Assembly: GCA_003427395.1 (NCBI GenBank)
Contig: BFEA01000034.1
Location: forward strand, 1,712,323 to 1,776,322
Length of the DNA: 64,000 nucleotides
Direction of reading: 5' to 3'
DNA from: Chara braunii
Lineage: Eukaryota > Plantae > Charophyceae
Shown: piece by piece, positions 49,409 through 60,700 of the stretch
How the letters are laid out: every line of letters begins with the position of its first letter
Position numbering within the stretch: position 1 is the first letter of the stretch
The notes under the pieces: model-generated
Told to the model about the DNA's origin: nothing
What the model saw: the letters and a program-made list of their open reading frames with translations, nothing else
Database searches by the model: none
Program-made: the position numbers and the translations under genes

Positions 49409-51180
49409 AGGAGGAGGGGGGTAATTCCAGCCACCAGATTTGAGAACGGGAGTTTAAGGCTCGAGGGCCCTTGTTGTTGTTGCGAAGAGAAGATGACACG
49501 ACTATGACTCAGCTATAGCGCAGAGTATAGATGGCGCATAAGCGACTTCTCATAAAACTCTTATGTAGGGGGTCGGACAGGCTGGACACTATGTTGTCGT
49601 CGTCTAACCCTACTGTGAGCGATAGTGTAAGGCGACTCCCTGACAAAGCAGTGTGAGCAAGACAACACAACCTACCATGGCGTCATCATGCTGGTGACGT
49701 CAACGGTCGTCGCAGACCTTCGTTGCCGAAGAGATAGCGCTTGGTCCGAAACGCAATAGTGCCGGCGGAAGCGCTCCGGTCGACCCCCCCCAGTTTCCAA
49801 ATGTCGCCAAACACGTTCCAACGACGGTGGGCCGTTTTTAATCGCCTCGCGGGTTTTCCAGCCGCCGTCCCGTGGGGTCCACCTCTAAATTTGGGACATG
49901 TTGAATCCATGTTCTAAATTTGGGACATGCTGAATCCATCTTCCGCTAGAACGTCGACAGGTGCACCTGCCATACAAAGGGTCTTGTGGCAGGGAATTGT
50001 CGTGGTTCCCTAAAAGAAAAAAAAGAGAATTGTCGTGGAGATTCGAGCCCAGGATCTGCTTATTCAATGGCTTCCATACACGTGCAACTGTCCATAGACA
50101 GATCGTCAGTTCAAATCCTGGCAACAAATATTAACTTATAGGGCCAGTTCCACGAAGAGGCGAGGTGGTGTATGTAGCCTCTGGAGTCGTGGGCGAGCCT
50201 TCTGGGTGGGCCACACCGGCGAACATCGGGAGCGTATGCGACCTCAATTGGCGTCACATTCATCGCTGCTAAGTCCCACCATTTGACCCAGTCGGTCTCT
50301 CAAAGACTTACTTGACCGACGTAACGCGTGTCGTGAATTGGTCGGTCGGTCGTCCACGCAGTCAACTCTCTGCATTGCAGAATGGCGGCAACGGCTGATC
50401 GATGTGGAAGCGGTCGTCAATCTGCGATCACCGACGGATCGGTGTGAGGCCTGCCCTGTCCAGATTTGTGTGATCAATAGAATCAGTAATCACTCATGGA
50501 ATTCATGGCGGGTTAGTTGGATTATGATCGATTCTTCGTATTGTGATTGAAGAGAGTTCTCGTAAAAGAATTGACGACAATAAAAGAATTGACGGCAAAG
50601 AAGACGATTATTCCGATGGTTGGCAGCCTCGTCGGCGGGAACGAACTAAGTCATCATAGCCATAATAATAAGGTTATCGTAGGCAGTCAAGTTTTCTATG
50701 AACTGATTGCCTGTAGTTTGTGCAAGGCAGATGCCGAAGGGAGAGGAATAATTCACCAATTCTTCCCCGTTCCCAGCTTCCCCGTCCTTGCTTTTCCTAT
50801 TTTTTGTGTTTTGTTCCGTTTGTTGTTCCTCATCTCCTACTGCTCCCGCTTCTTCTTCCTCCTCCCCCTCGCCCTCTTCCTCCTTCGGCATTCCTGGTCT
50901 TCCTTCTCCTCCTCCTCCTCCTGGTCTCCTTCTTCTTGTTCTACTTCATTGTATCTTTTCTACTCGATTTGGTTTCGTTTCTTCCTTGCCTCCTCCCTCT
51001 TCCCGGTGCCGATCGACTCGACTCCATTACAATCGATTAGAATCTGTGGCAAAATGAAAGCTAGAAGAGGCATTTTGTTGCTTGTCTTTCCGTCTCGACA
51101 TCGCTTCTACCGGTAGTCGGTTTCGTTGCGGACCTTCTCCTACGAACACATTTTGGCTCGACGGAAGCCAGCGTCGAACG

Positions 51181-51257
51181 CACGTGCACGACGTGCAAGT
51201 CGTGCGCGTGGGTTTTGGCCAATGGAAAACAAAGCGTCTGCGCGGGTTTTGGCCAAT
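51181..51257 (+). promoter_or_regulatory. Putative VPS8 promoter elements: G-box and duplicated GGGTTTTGGCCAAT (CCAAT boxes)
   Basis: CACGTG at 51181. The 14-mer repeats at 51210 and 51244, ~550 bp upstream of the ATG. Confidence 0.4.
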
Positions 51258-51278
51258 CACTCCAGTGAATGACATTCG

Positions 51279-51336
51279 ATGTCATAGTGAAGAGATTCAA
51301 CTAAGCGCGGGTAAACGGCGGGATTAACTATGACTC
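51279..51336 (+). rRNA. 58-bp fragment of 28S/25S rRNA (not a gene)
   Basis: ATGTCATAGTGAAGAGATTCAACTAAGCGCGGGTAAACGGCGGGATTAACTATGACTC matches the conserved eukaryotic LSU sequence, as I recall it, at 54/58 positions. Confidence 0.88.
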
Positions 51337-51502
51337 CCGATGCGAACAGAATTATTACTAATACAGAATAAATGAACTGATAGCAAACGATGACAATGGG
51401 CACGGATTTGGCTGGGCCAGTTGTTGGCCTCGTACCTTGACATTAGGTGGACCGTGCTACGCTACCCACCAATTCAAATCTGGTATGTTTTGTCTGGCCT
51501 TG

Positions 51503-51576
51503 ATCATCACCATCAACATCATCATCATCACGATCATCATCATCACGATCATCATCATCATCATCATCATCATCAT
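51503..51576. repeat. (CAT)n microsatellite, imperfect
   Basis: Read directly. Confidence 0.9.
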
Positions 51577-51779
51577 CGTCTCATCATCACCACCGCCCTC
51601 CCAGCGTTCTCGGCATCGTTACCGACAACTTGCCGTCATTGTCGTCGTGGGTGTCATCATCGTCGACCTCCCTCCTCCTCATTGTAACCTTGTGAACCGA
51701 AGGTGGAAGTCGAGTCCGAGTCCTAAGCCGGACGGCAAAGTCAATAGTCAACGCTGGAGGTCGGGGCAGAGTCGTCGCC

Positions 51780-54700
51780 ATGTCCAGTAACACGTCGTCG
51801 TCCATGATAGATGCTCTTCTTGGTGAGATAGAGGATGTGAGCAGCGACGACGACAGTGCCACGTGTCATCAAGGCGTTACGGTGGACGATTTGCTTGGAG
51901 ATGAGGACGAAGATGACGATGACGTTTCCCAAGCCGGGAAGGAGAAAGAGCAGCCAGGGGGGAGGAGGACGACATGGAGAGAGAAGGAAAGTATCGTTAC
52001 GTCTCAGACGGGTATTGTTCCCGCCTTCCGCAGCGTTGGGTCATCAACGGTGGAGGAGAGGCGGGCGCACCTTCTCGCCCGAGATGCGGCCACGGCGGCG
52101 TCTGCGCGAAGGACGGCGGCTTCTCCGCCGCCGCCGCCGTCAATGGGCACGACTTCGCTTTCCCCCTCCCCGTCCGGTTCGTCCTCTGGCGTCTCGAGGA
52201 GTGCAGAAGCTGCCGTGGAGACCACCAGTGCTGTAGTTGGCGGGCAAGACTCGGATGATCACGCGTGTCGGGTTCCCCTGGACGCAGGGCATGATGACGT
52301 GCCCACTACTGGCTTACGAGACCTACATCATTCTTCGTCGAATCTTCGCCAGGAGGGGGCACGTGATGGAGATGGAGTTCCAGCTTGGCCCCTATTGCCT
52401 GGCAAGGCACGTACTGCGTATAGTTCTGAAGGAGGAGGAGGAGGAGGAGGAGAGAAGGGAACGGCATCTGGCGTGTTCTTGTCTGCAGGTAGAGCTGAGG
52501 ACACGGGCAGATCACGAGATCAAGCCGAATCTGCATCGGTGCTGAGTGGCATGAGGAAAACCGGGTCGCTCATTGGCGAAAGTGACAACGGTGGGGAGGA
52601 TTTTGGGGTATGTTCAAAGGAGCAGGATGAGGAGGAGGGAGAGGAGGAGCGGGAGGAGGACGGGAGGAAGGGAGATGAAGGTTCCCTATTTAAGGGAAGC
52701 ACATCACGGAAGACCGGGCAAATTAGGAAAGCACCGGGAAGGGACAGGGAGGTGGGTGGCTCTATTGCGGCGAATGACGATGATGATGACGACAGCAGAA
52801 TCAAGAAGCACGACGATGTGCCGCTGTCAAGGGAAGAGAGTGGCTCAAGCGGGGGAATTCAGGCGGGGGGGGTTGGTGATGCTTCTCCAGGTCATGCAGT
52901 GTCCGTGGATGGAAGGGCAGGGGATTGGGAGAGGGAGGAGGTCGAAGTCGAGGGCTCGACGGGCGATCGAGAGATAATGGACAATGTCGAAGGACAAACG
53001 CCGAAGCCTTCTCCTGTTAGCACAGCGCTCCTTTCATCGATTGTGCCTCCTCCTCCTCCTCTTTTTCCTCTTTCTCCTTCTCCTCTTTCTCCTTCTCCTC
53101 TATCTCTTTCTCCTCCTCTTTCTCCTCCTCTTTCTCCTCCCCCGCTGTTATTAACAACAACGGCTAGGGTTGATGATGATTCGTCCACTTCGCGTGCGAT
53201 TTCCGTTGAGGTGGAACCTCCTCCGCGTCTCACCATCTCCATCGCGAACGGTTCAGGGCAGAGGGAAGTAGGAGGAAAGGTCAATGGTAATGGTAACAGC
53301 GGTGCGTACGCGGACCATACCGCGGGCGGAGACATTGACCGCAAGTCCATCCCCATCGTGAAGGAGGATGACGCGTCGGCAATTGACACGTGGCGGCGAT
53401 TGGGGGGACAGGTGGCGGCGGCATTTGATGGCGTGGATGTCGACCTGGCACCGCAACAGAGATTGCGACGGCTTCCCGGAAGCGCGGTCGCTGCCCTACT
53501 GGCGGTGGAAGCAAATGTTCAACGGACTCGGGAGAGTAGTCGGGTTCCTTCGCTGCAACTACAGCATTTCCGATCGCCTTCATCGTCGTCATCATCTTCT
53601 CCTTCTTCATCATCATCTTCTGCTTCTTCTGCTATCAGTTTGTCAACGTCTTTCATGCACAGAAGGAAGACGGCTGCGGAGTTCTCTAGTCCGAAGAGTT
53701 CACCTTCTCTGTACAGTTGCAGCCCGCTGGCGTTGGACGAGATAGTGGGAAGGGGAGGCGCACCCGGGGCATCGACCACGGATGCGGCTACAGCGGACAC
53801 GACGAGGATAGCGATCCCGGCAACTGGCAGCAGTAGTGCGGACGAAACGGCGGCGGAAGTTCTTCTTTCTAGACAGAAGCAGACGGGGGAGGAGACCACC
53901 GCCATCCTCTCTGGCTCGAGGGGAAAGGCAGGGCGTTTAGGTCTGTTGATTGTGAACTCTCGCGATGATGCCGACATGTCTGCGATCAGACAAGGGGAGC
54001 AAGAGGAAGTACGTCATGATTCCGCGATTGCAGCTCTACTCTCTTCACCTTCTCTCGCTGTTCCTGACTCCATGATCAGCTGCCCGGTCGGCACGTCATC
54101 TCTCTTGCCGCATGCCTTGCCATCTGTCCCTCGGATTTTCTCCTTAGGAAGCTGTTCCATTGAGGATACACCGCCACGTGTATCGTCGGGGTCGGGCGTT
54201 GGGATTTGGGACAGCCGTTGTGCAGCACAGGAGGAACGCGATGGCGGTGGGGGGAATCGCTGTCGTCCTCTGTTTCGTGAAGGCGGTCCCGTCCAAGCTA
54301 ACAACGTCGGGATCGGTATGCGGAGCTATGTCGATAACTCGTCGGCAGCGGCGATGGCGGTATCCTCCTCTTCTTCCATCATGGCGGTCGTGGTCGATCG
54401 CCACGTGGCTGATGGGGGCGAGTCGTTTAGGTTACGTGGGCGGGAGATTAGCAGCAGCGCCGCCAGTACCAGCTATGGACGAACGACCGGTGATTCCGGT
54501 CACGGTCGCACGTCCTCTGGGACCTTGTCGCTTTCGCAGCAAATCAGTCTCGCGTCTCTTGATCTCGACGCGTTCGAGATGGACATGCCAGAAATATATT
54601 GGGACAGCATCAGCGATGGCGGCGAAGATAGGAAATCGGAGATGCTCGCTCATGCCTCCGAAGTGGAGAACGACCAAGGCGATGACGATGATGAAGATGA

Positions 54701-57700
54701 TGATGCTGAAGATTATGATGATGGTGGTGATGATGATGGTGATGATGATGATGATGATGATGAGGACGAGGACGAGGGGATGGACAGTACGCAATCGTCG
54801 ATAGAAGAAGAAGGCTGCGGCGACGAACAGGAAGAAGCGGAGAGGTCGGCGGCGGCAGGTGGTGAAGATACGGGTGATTTGTCGTCGGGGGAAGAGGAGG
54901 GGTTGGACGCGCTAGATGCTGCGGAGGAGCAAGAGAGGAGGCAAGCGACATCGGGCGTGGACTTAGAGGAAGGGGCAGCCTCTGTTCCGATGAAACTTGA
55001 AGGTTTGAAGAAGAGTAAACCGGCCGTAGGGCTGCTGAAGGTGGACGCGCTCGGGCAGCTGTCTTCCGCTCTGGCCACCAGCCATTTGAGGAAGGATCAT
55101 GGCAATCCTCAGTGCATTGCGGTTCATTTGAGCTACGTGGCGGTCGGGATGTCCAAGGGCGGGATCCTGATGGCGCCCATCAAGTACAACTCGCAGCGGA
55201 GCGAGGACAAGACACGAGACAAGGCGCTGTTGCTTGCGGGTGGCGGGGGAGGAGGAGGGCCGGTGGTGTCGCTCGACTTCCACAGCTCCGGAGACCTGCT
55301 GCTCGCCGGCTATGCCAGCGGGACTATCATTCTGTGGGATGTGCTTCGTGCTACGCCTGCTAAGATCATCGTCGGGGAGCATTCTACGGCCGTTGTGAGG
55401 GTGGTTTTCGTCGGTCAGGACGCCGCCGCCGTCGGTGGTAGAAAGGCGTTGTCGGCTGATGCCAAAGGAGTGGTCTGCGTGCACACCTTCACGGTCGTTC
55501 CACTGGTTCGCAGGTACGCCGTCGGGACACAGCCGCTGCTGGATGGTGCACGGATGGGCCCCATCCTCTCGCTGTCCGCCGCGATGGCGATGGACGACGA
55601 TAACCTCCAGAGAGCGGCGGGGGCATCGTTATCGGCGGCGGACGCGGCAGGGACTGGGGGGACCGGGATCACGGGGGCGGCGGCGACCTCCTCGTCGAGC
55701 ATGGGACTGGGTGCCACGTCGCTCTTTCAGCAGTCGTTGGGGTTGGTCGCTAACGCGGCGGGAGTGGTCGCTGCGACGGCAGCAGAGGACATTAGCCGGC
55801 GGTTTCTGCATGATGTTGGCGGAGGAGGAGGGGGGGGAGGAGGAGGCGCAGCAGGAGGAGCAGCAGCAGCAGCAGGAGGGGCAGGAGGAGGTGGAGGAGG
55901 AGCTGGTCAGGAGTCCCTCGGATTGGTTGCGCTCGTCTCTCAGCAGCTCGCGTTGGTTGTTCGCATCGTCCCATCACTGGTGGTTCTCAAGAGCCTTCCT
56001 CGCCCCGAGGATATTCGTGACGGAGCGATGCCGTACACCGCGTGGAAGCGTACTCGCAAGTTCTCTTCTCCCGCTTATTCGCCGACCTTAACGACCACAG
56101 GCGGGACGCCGTTGTCTTCTTCGCAATCCTTCTTGCAAGGTGTTGGGGATGGCGCACACCAAAACGGAATTGCTGCGGGAGGAACGGGAGGAGGCGGAGG
56201 AGGTTGTGGCGGCAATGGATCGGTCTCTATGGTGGACGATGAACGAGTGCCGATGCTAGGGCTGGTGTGGGATCGTCACGTCATACTGGTGCAGGTCATT
56301 CGGTCGGAGTTGAAGGTCGTGTCTAGCTGGCAGGTTGACTGCGAGATGACGGGTATTGCGTGGATCGACGATGCGATTATTGCCACAACGGACGTGCGAC
56401 ACGTGCTGCGTCTGTATTCGATAGACGACGGAGCTGTAACGACGGAGCTCGAGAGAGTGCAATTGGGAGGAGTAGGTGATGGTCTCGTGTTCCACACCTA
56501 TCTGAGCACTTCTTTCGGAGTTCCGCTTAAGTCTTATCATAACTCGTTGGCCATTCGAGGAGCAGCTATCTGCGTTCTGAGCTTCTCGCAGCTGAAGCAG
56601 GTGCGTCTCCTGCCCTGGAAGGAGCGGATACGAGTCCTGCAGGATGCCGGGGATTGGATGGGAGCGTTCAAAATAGCGATGGACTTGTATGACGGCACGG
56701 CAAAGGGAGCAACAGGGCTTCCTAGGGACTTGTGGGCGGCCAGAGCAGCTATGATGCAGACTCTCGTTGCTCTTCTTGTCGCCTACATCGAAGAGGCGTT
56801 CGCCTACATAGTCATCGCTTCTGTCTCAGCCCCGACTGCTCCCGCCAATTCTGTTCCCGGCAGAACGTCGACGACGAGCGGTGCGACAATCGCGGCAGCA
56901 ATACCTGCTTCTTCTCCTGTGGACAAGGAGAGCGTGAAGATGGCGGGAGAGATGAGCGTCGCCAGAGGCACGACCAGCGAGGAAAGTGGTGCGGTGCTTG
57001 GAAATTGCGAGTCCGGAAGGGACAGCGGTGATGGGAGTAATCTTAGTAGTAGTAGTAGTAGTAATGGCGGAGAAAAGCCGGGAGGAGGGGAAGAAGAGGC
57101 GGCGCAGCTGGTCGTTGCGCAATATGCCGGTGTGGGTGGGGTTGCAGTTGAGTTCTGTGTGCACATCGGACGCACGGACGTTCTGTTCCAGCAGGTGTTC
57201 GGCAAGTTCGAGGCAGTTCACCAACGCGGGACTTTCTTGGAGCTGTTAGAGCCGTATATCCTGCGGGATATGCTTGGCGCGCTTCCACCAGAGATCATGC
57301 AGGCGTTGGTGGGTTGGTACGCGGCCAGAAGGCAGCTGGGGCGAGTTGAGCAATGCGTTCTTCATATGGATATCGGGTCATTGGACTTCAATCAAGTAGT
57401 GCGCATCTGCAGGGAGCACAGGCTATACAGCGCACTCATCTATGTTTTCACCAAGGGGCTGGACGATTTTGTCTCTCCATTGGGAGAGTTATTGTCGGTA
57501 GGGTTAGGAGAACGAGAAGGAGAAAGAGGAGGAGGAGGAGGAGAATCGACGACCTCGTCATTGCTACCGAGGCCTGACCACGACTCAGGGTACAAATTGT
57601 TGGTGTTTTTGAAATATTGTTTCTTGGGGCTACGTTTTCCGCCTGGGCACGGCAGTCTCTCGGCGAAAAGGTTGCCGTCCTTGAGAGAGGAGCTTGTCCG

Positions 57701-60700
57701 CTTCCTCATCGAGAAGAAGAATACAATCGAGGAGGAGGAGGAGAAGGAGGAGGAGGAGGAGGACCATGCCGCTCACGATGGCGGCGGAAATCGTGATTAT
57801 TTTGATGTCAAGAAATCGTATAACCGTGCGGCAGCCACTGCATATCCACGGTTGTCCTATCTGTTGGAGCTGGATGCGAAGGCGACTCTTCGGGTACTCT
57901 CCTTTGCGTTCCCTGAGGAAGGACCGCTAGGGGTAGGAAGTACGGGTTGGACATATGGAGGAGGAGGAGGAAAGGTAGGAGAGAGAGTAGAAGAGACGGT
58001 GAAGTCGTCGGATGAAGAGGAACGAAAAATAGAAGAGAAGCAGGGAGATGAAGTGGATGGGGGAAAGGCAAATGGTGAGGAAGATGGCCGCGTGCATCTT
58101 CTTCTCCAACAGTTGGTGAATGCGCTGCTGGAGGTTTGCGGTTTTCGTTCTTCTGATGAGTCGCGGTTGTCAAATGGTCTCGTCGTCGGCGTTTTAAATA
58201 TGGAGCAACAGCAGCAGAAGCAACAGGACGGAGGAGGAGGAGGAGCAAGAGGGGGAGGAAGAAGGCGCAACAGGAGCGAAGAAGATATGGAGAGTGGGGA
58301 AGTAGGCAGGGGAACGAAAATCCCGTTGTCTTGGGAGGAAGTCGGAAGAGTTTTGGAATTTGTGGCAAAATACATTGCCAGCAAACATGTTGAGGTGTCT
58401 GGGGACGTGATTCTTCGGATCGTGGAGCACCTGGCCTCCGGCAGCTCGAGGAGAAGAGCGAGGAGGGCTAGGAGGGAGGAGGAACTGATGCTTGCCGTCT
58501 TGCTCGCTGTGCCACCGACGATTATCAACGAGGACGAGGTGTTGCGTATTATTGACGAGAAGGGTGGGGGGTTCTGGCAGGTGGCGGCCTTGCTCCAGAC
58601 GCGAAGGGGCAACATGGCGGGAGCCTTTGAGAGTCACTTGAAGGACAAATCGAAGCCAGACAAGGTGTTCACTTTCGTGACCAGCATGCTTGACAGCGAA
58701 TCTGGCTTGTCAGCGGAGCAACGGTCACTTTTCATGGAGACGGTCCTCGGACATCTTCGAGAGTTATTGACGCTAGACGTCGAGGCGGCGCTAGAATGTG
58801 TGCTCGTGCATTTCGCAGGAAACGTTGAGCGCGTGATGAGGGAGCTGGACTGCGAGCCCAGGTTGCGGTTCCAATTGCTGAGAGGTATCCTGGGTGGTGC
58901 AGAGGCTCACTCTCGTTCTCCCAATTCGACGACGAACTCCGATTCCAGCTCCAATAATAAGGTCAGGTCTAAGAAGAGGAGTGGTGAGGAGCAACAGGCG
59001 CAGGCTCCTGCCTCACAACGTCCGCATAACCATAACTCTCGTTTGACGGAGCTTTTGAATCGGTCAAACTTGCAGGTCACGGATGCCATGGTCACCTCTT
59101 ACGTGGAATTGATGTGCCGGTTTGAGAAGACGGCCGTCTGTCCTTTCCTCGAAAGGAATGAGAACTACAAGCCTGAGGAGTGTCTTGCTCTTTGCCGCGA
59201 GTATGGGGTCACGGATGCCGCTGCCTTCCTTCTGGAACGGATGGGTGATGTCGGCGGTGCGCTTGACCTGATATTGGAGGTTGTGCAGAAGAGAATTCGT
59301 GCAATGGATCGTGCAGTTGCTCGGACGTTCGGAGAGCGAGGGAGAGAGGATGGAAAAGGAGGAAAGGAGACGAAAGAAGGTCAACGAAGTGGTAATGACC
59401 TCCAGATGAAAGGGGAAGAGGAGGAGGATAAGCAGCAGCAGCAGCAGGAGGAGAAGGAGAAGGATGTGATCGTTCTGGAGAAGCTGCCCCATGTGGTTGC
59501 TGTTAATGATGCAATGGCTATGGCTGTTTCACTCTGTCAAAAGAACAACCAACGCTTAAACGTGAGGGCATCCGAATCGCTTTGGTTTCGTCTGCTAAGC
59601 GCCTATGTGGAGCCCTTGCGGCAGCTCAAGGCCATCTCCTCTTCCTTCTCCTCCCCCTATTTAGGTTCTCTGGAAAGAGGGCGGAAAAGTCAGGCCATGA
59701 ATCTGAAGAACACGAACAAGGAGAAAAAGAAGAGGAAGAAGAAAGAGAAGCCACGTGAAGAAGATGGCCTTTTGCATGACCAGTTGCTTTCTCCTCTTTC
59801 GCTTATCTCTTGGATGAAGGGAGGCGGTGGGAAGGGGGATGATGTCCGCAGGGGGTCTCAGGGCAGCAAGTCGCAGGCCTCTTTGTCAAGAAAGTGGAAA
59901 TGCGCCAAGAATGCTGCCGCCACTGAGCAGATGAGGACGCTCTTGGTTGGGATGATGGGGAAAGTAATGTCGGGTATGGTCGGCTATGTTCCCCTTCCGG
60001 TTCTGCTTTCAAAGATTGTGAGTCAACATGGCAGTGATCAGTTCGGTGAGTTCAAGGCAACAATCCTGGGATTGCTGGGGACATATGGCTTTGAAAGGTC
60101 AATTTTGAAAACAGCCAAGAATCTGCAGGATGGAGATGCGTTTGCATCCATGCATGCTCTGAAGAGGGGAAGAACGCAAGCTCTTGGACCCAAGTCGCTA
60201 ACTTGCTGCGTGTGCAAACGGAACCTGCAACAGGAGGTAGCTGCGAGGCCTGTGCTTGTCAGAGCAGCTGGTGGGGAAGGAGGAAAGAACGGGTCTTCTT
60301 CTTCAGCAGCGTCATCTTCCTCCTCTTCTTTCGAGGGAGCTGGTCGAGGCGGAGTGAGCGGGCCAGTGCGTGGAATCCCTGTTGTGTGCAGCCCTGCCGA
60401 GAACCATTTCAGCACCTTCACCATCTTTGTCTGTGGGCACATTGCTCATGCAGTTTGCCTGGCTGGGCATGGTCAGCTTCCGGCTGAAGATACAGGAAGA
60501 GGAGGGCGGATAGCCATTGGTAAGGGCAGCTCGGAGCCTCCAGGAGGTGTTGCGAACGACTCCATCTGCCCCATTTGCCATCATGATAAGTTGACAGGAG
60601 GGAGCACTGACTCTTTGGCAGAGGGCTCTGTATGGGAATCTGCTTTCGTCAGCAAAGGTTGCAACTTTCCCGACGAGGGTGCCACGGCATCACAAGAGGT

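Larger units (their letters stand above)
42375..49805 (-). mobile_element. Near full-length L1/Tx1-like LINE (ORF1 + ORF2 + 3' UTR + poly(A)), inactivated
   Basis: Poly-T at 42375-42401. ORF2 47262-~43076 has SWNVRGL, LQETK, SDH, NWRPISVLN, DLEKAYD, LRQGCPL, LADN. ORF1 lies at 49408-47249. Possible TSD GCCAAACACG at 42364-42373 and 49806-49815. Confidence 0.92.

Noticed and set aside
50140-50235. Possible HDV-like ribozyme (GGCGAA motif)
   Set aside because: I could not build consistent P1, P2 and P3 pairings.
50547-51116. 189-aa hydrophobic ORF and its overlapping acidic antisense ORF
   Set aside because: Derived from a CT/CCT low-complexity tract with no domain evidence.
51279-51336. Functional rRNA gene
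   Set aside because: Only 58 bp match; the flanks are not rDNA.
58153-58175. CTGATGAGTCG inside VPS8
   Set aside because: No stem II closure or GAAA; chance match in coding sequence.
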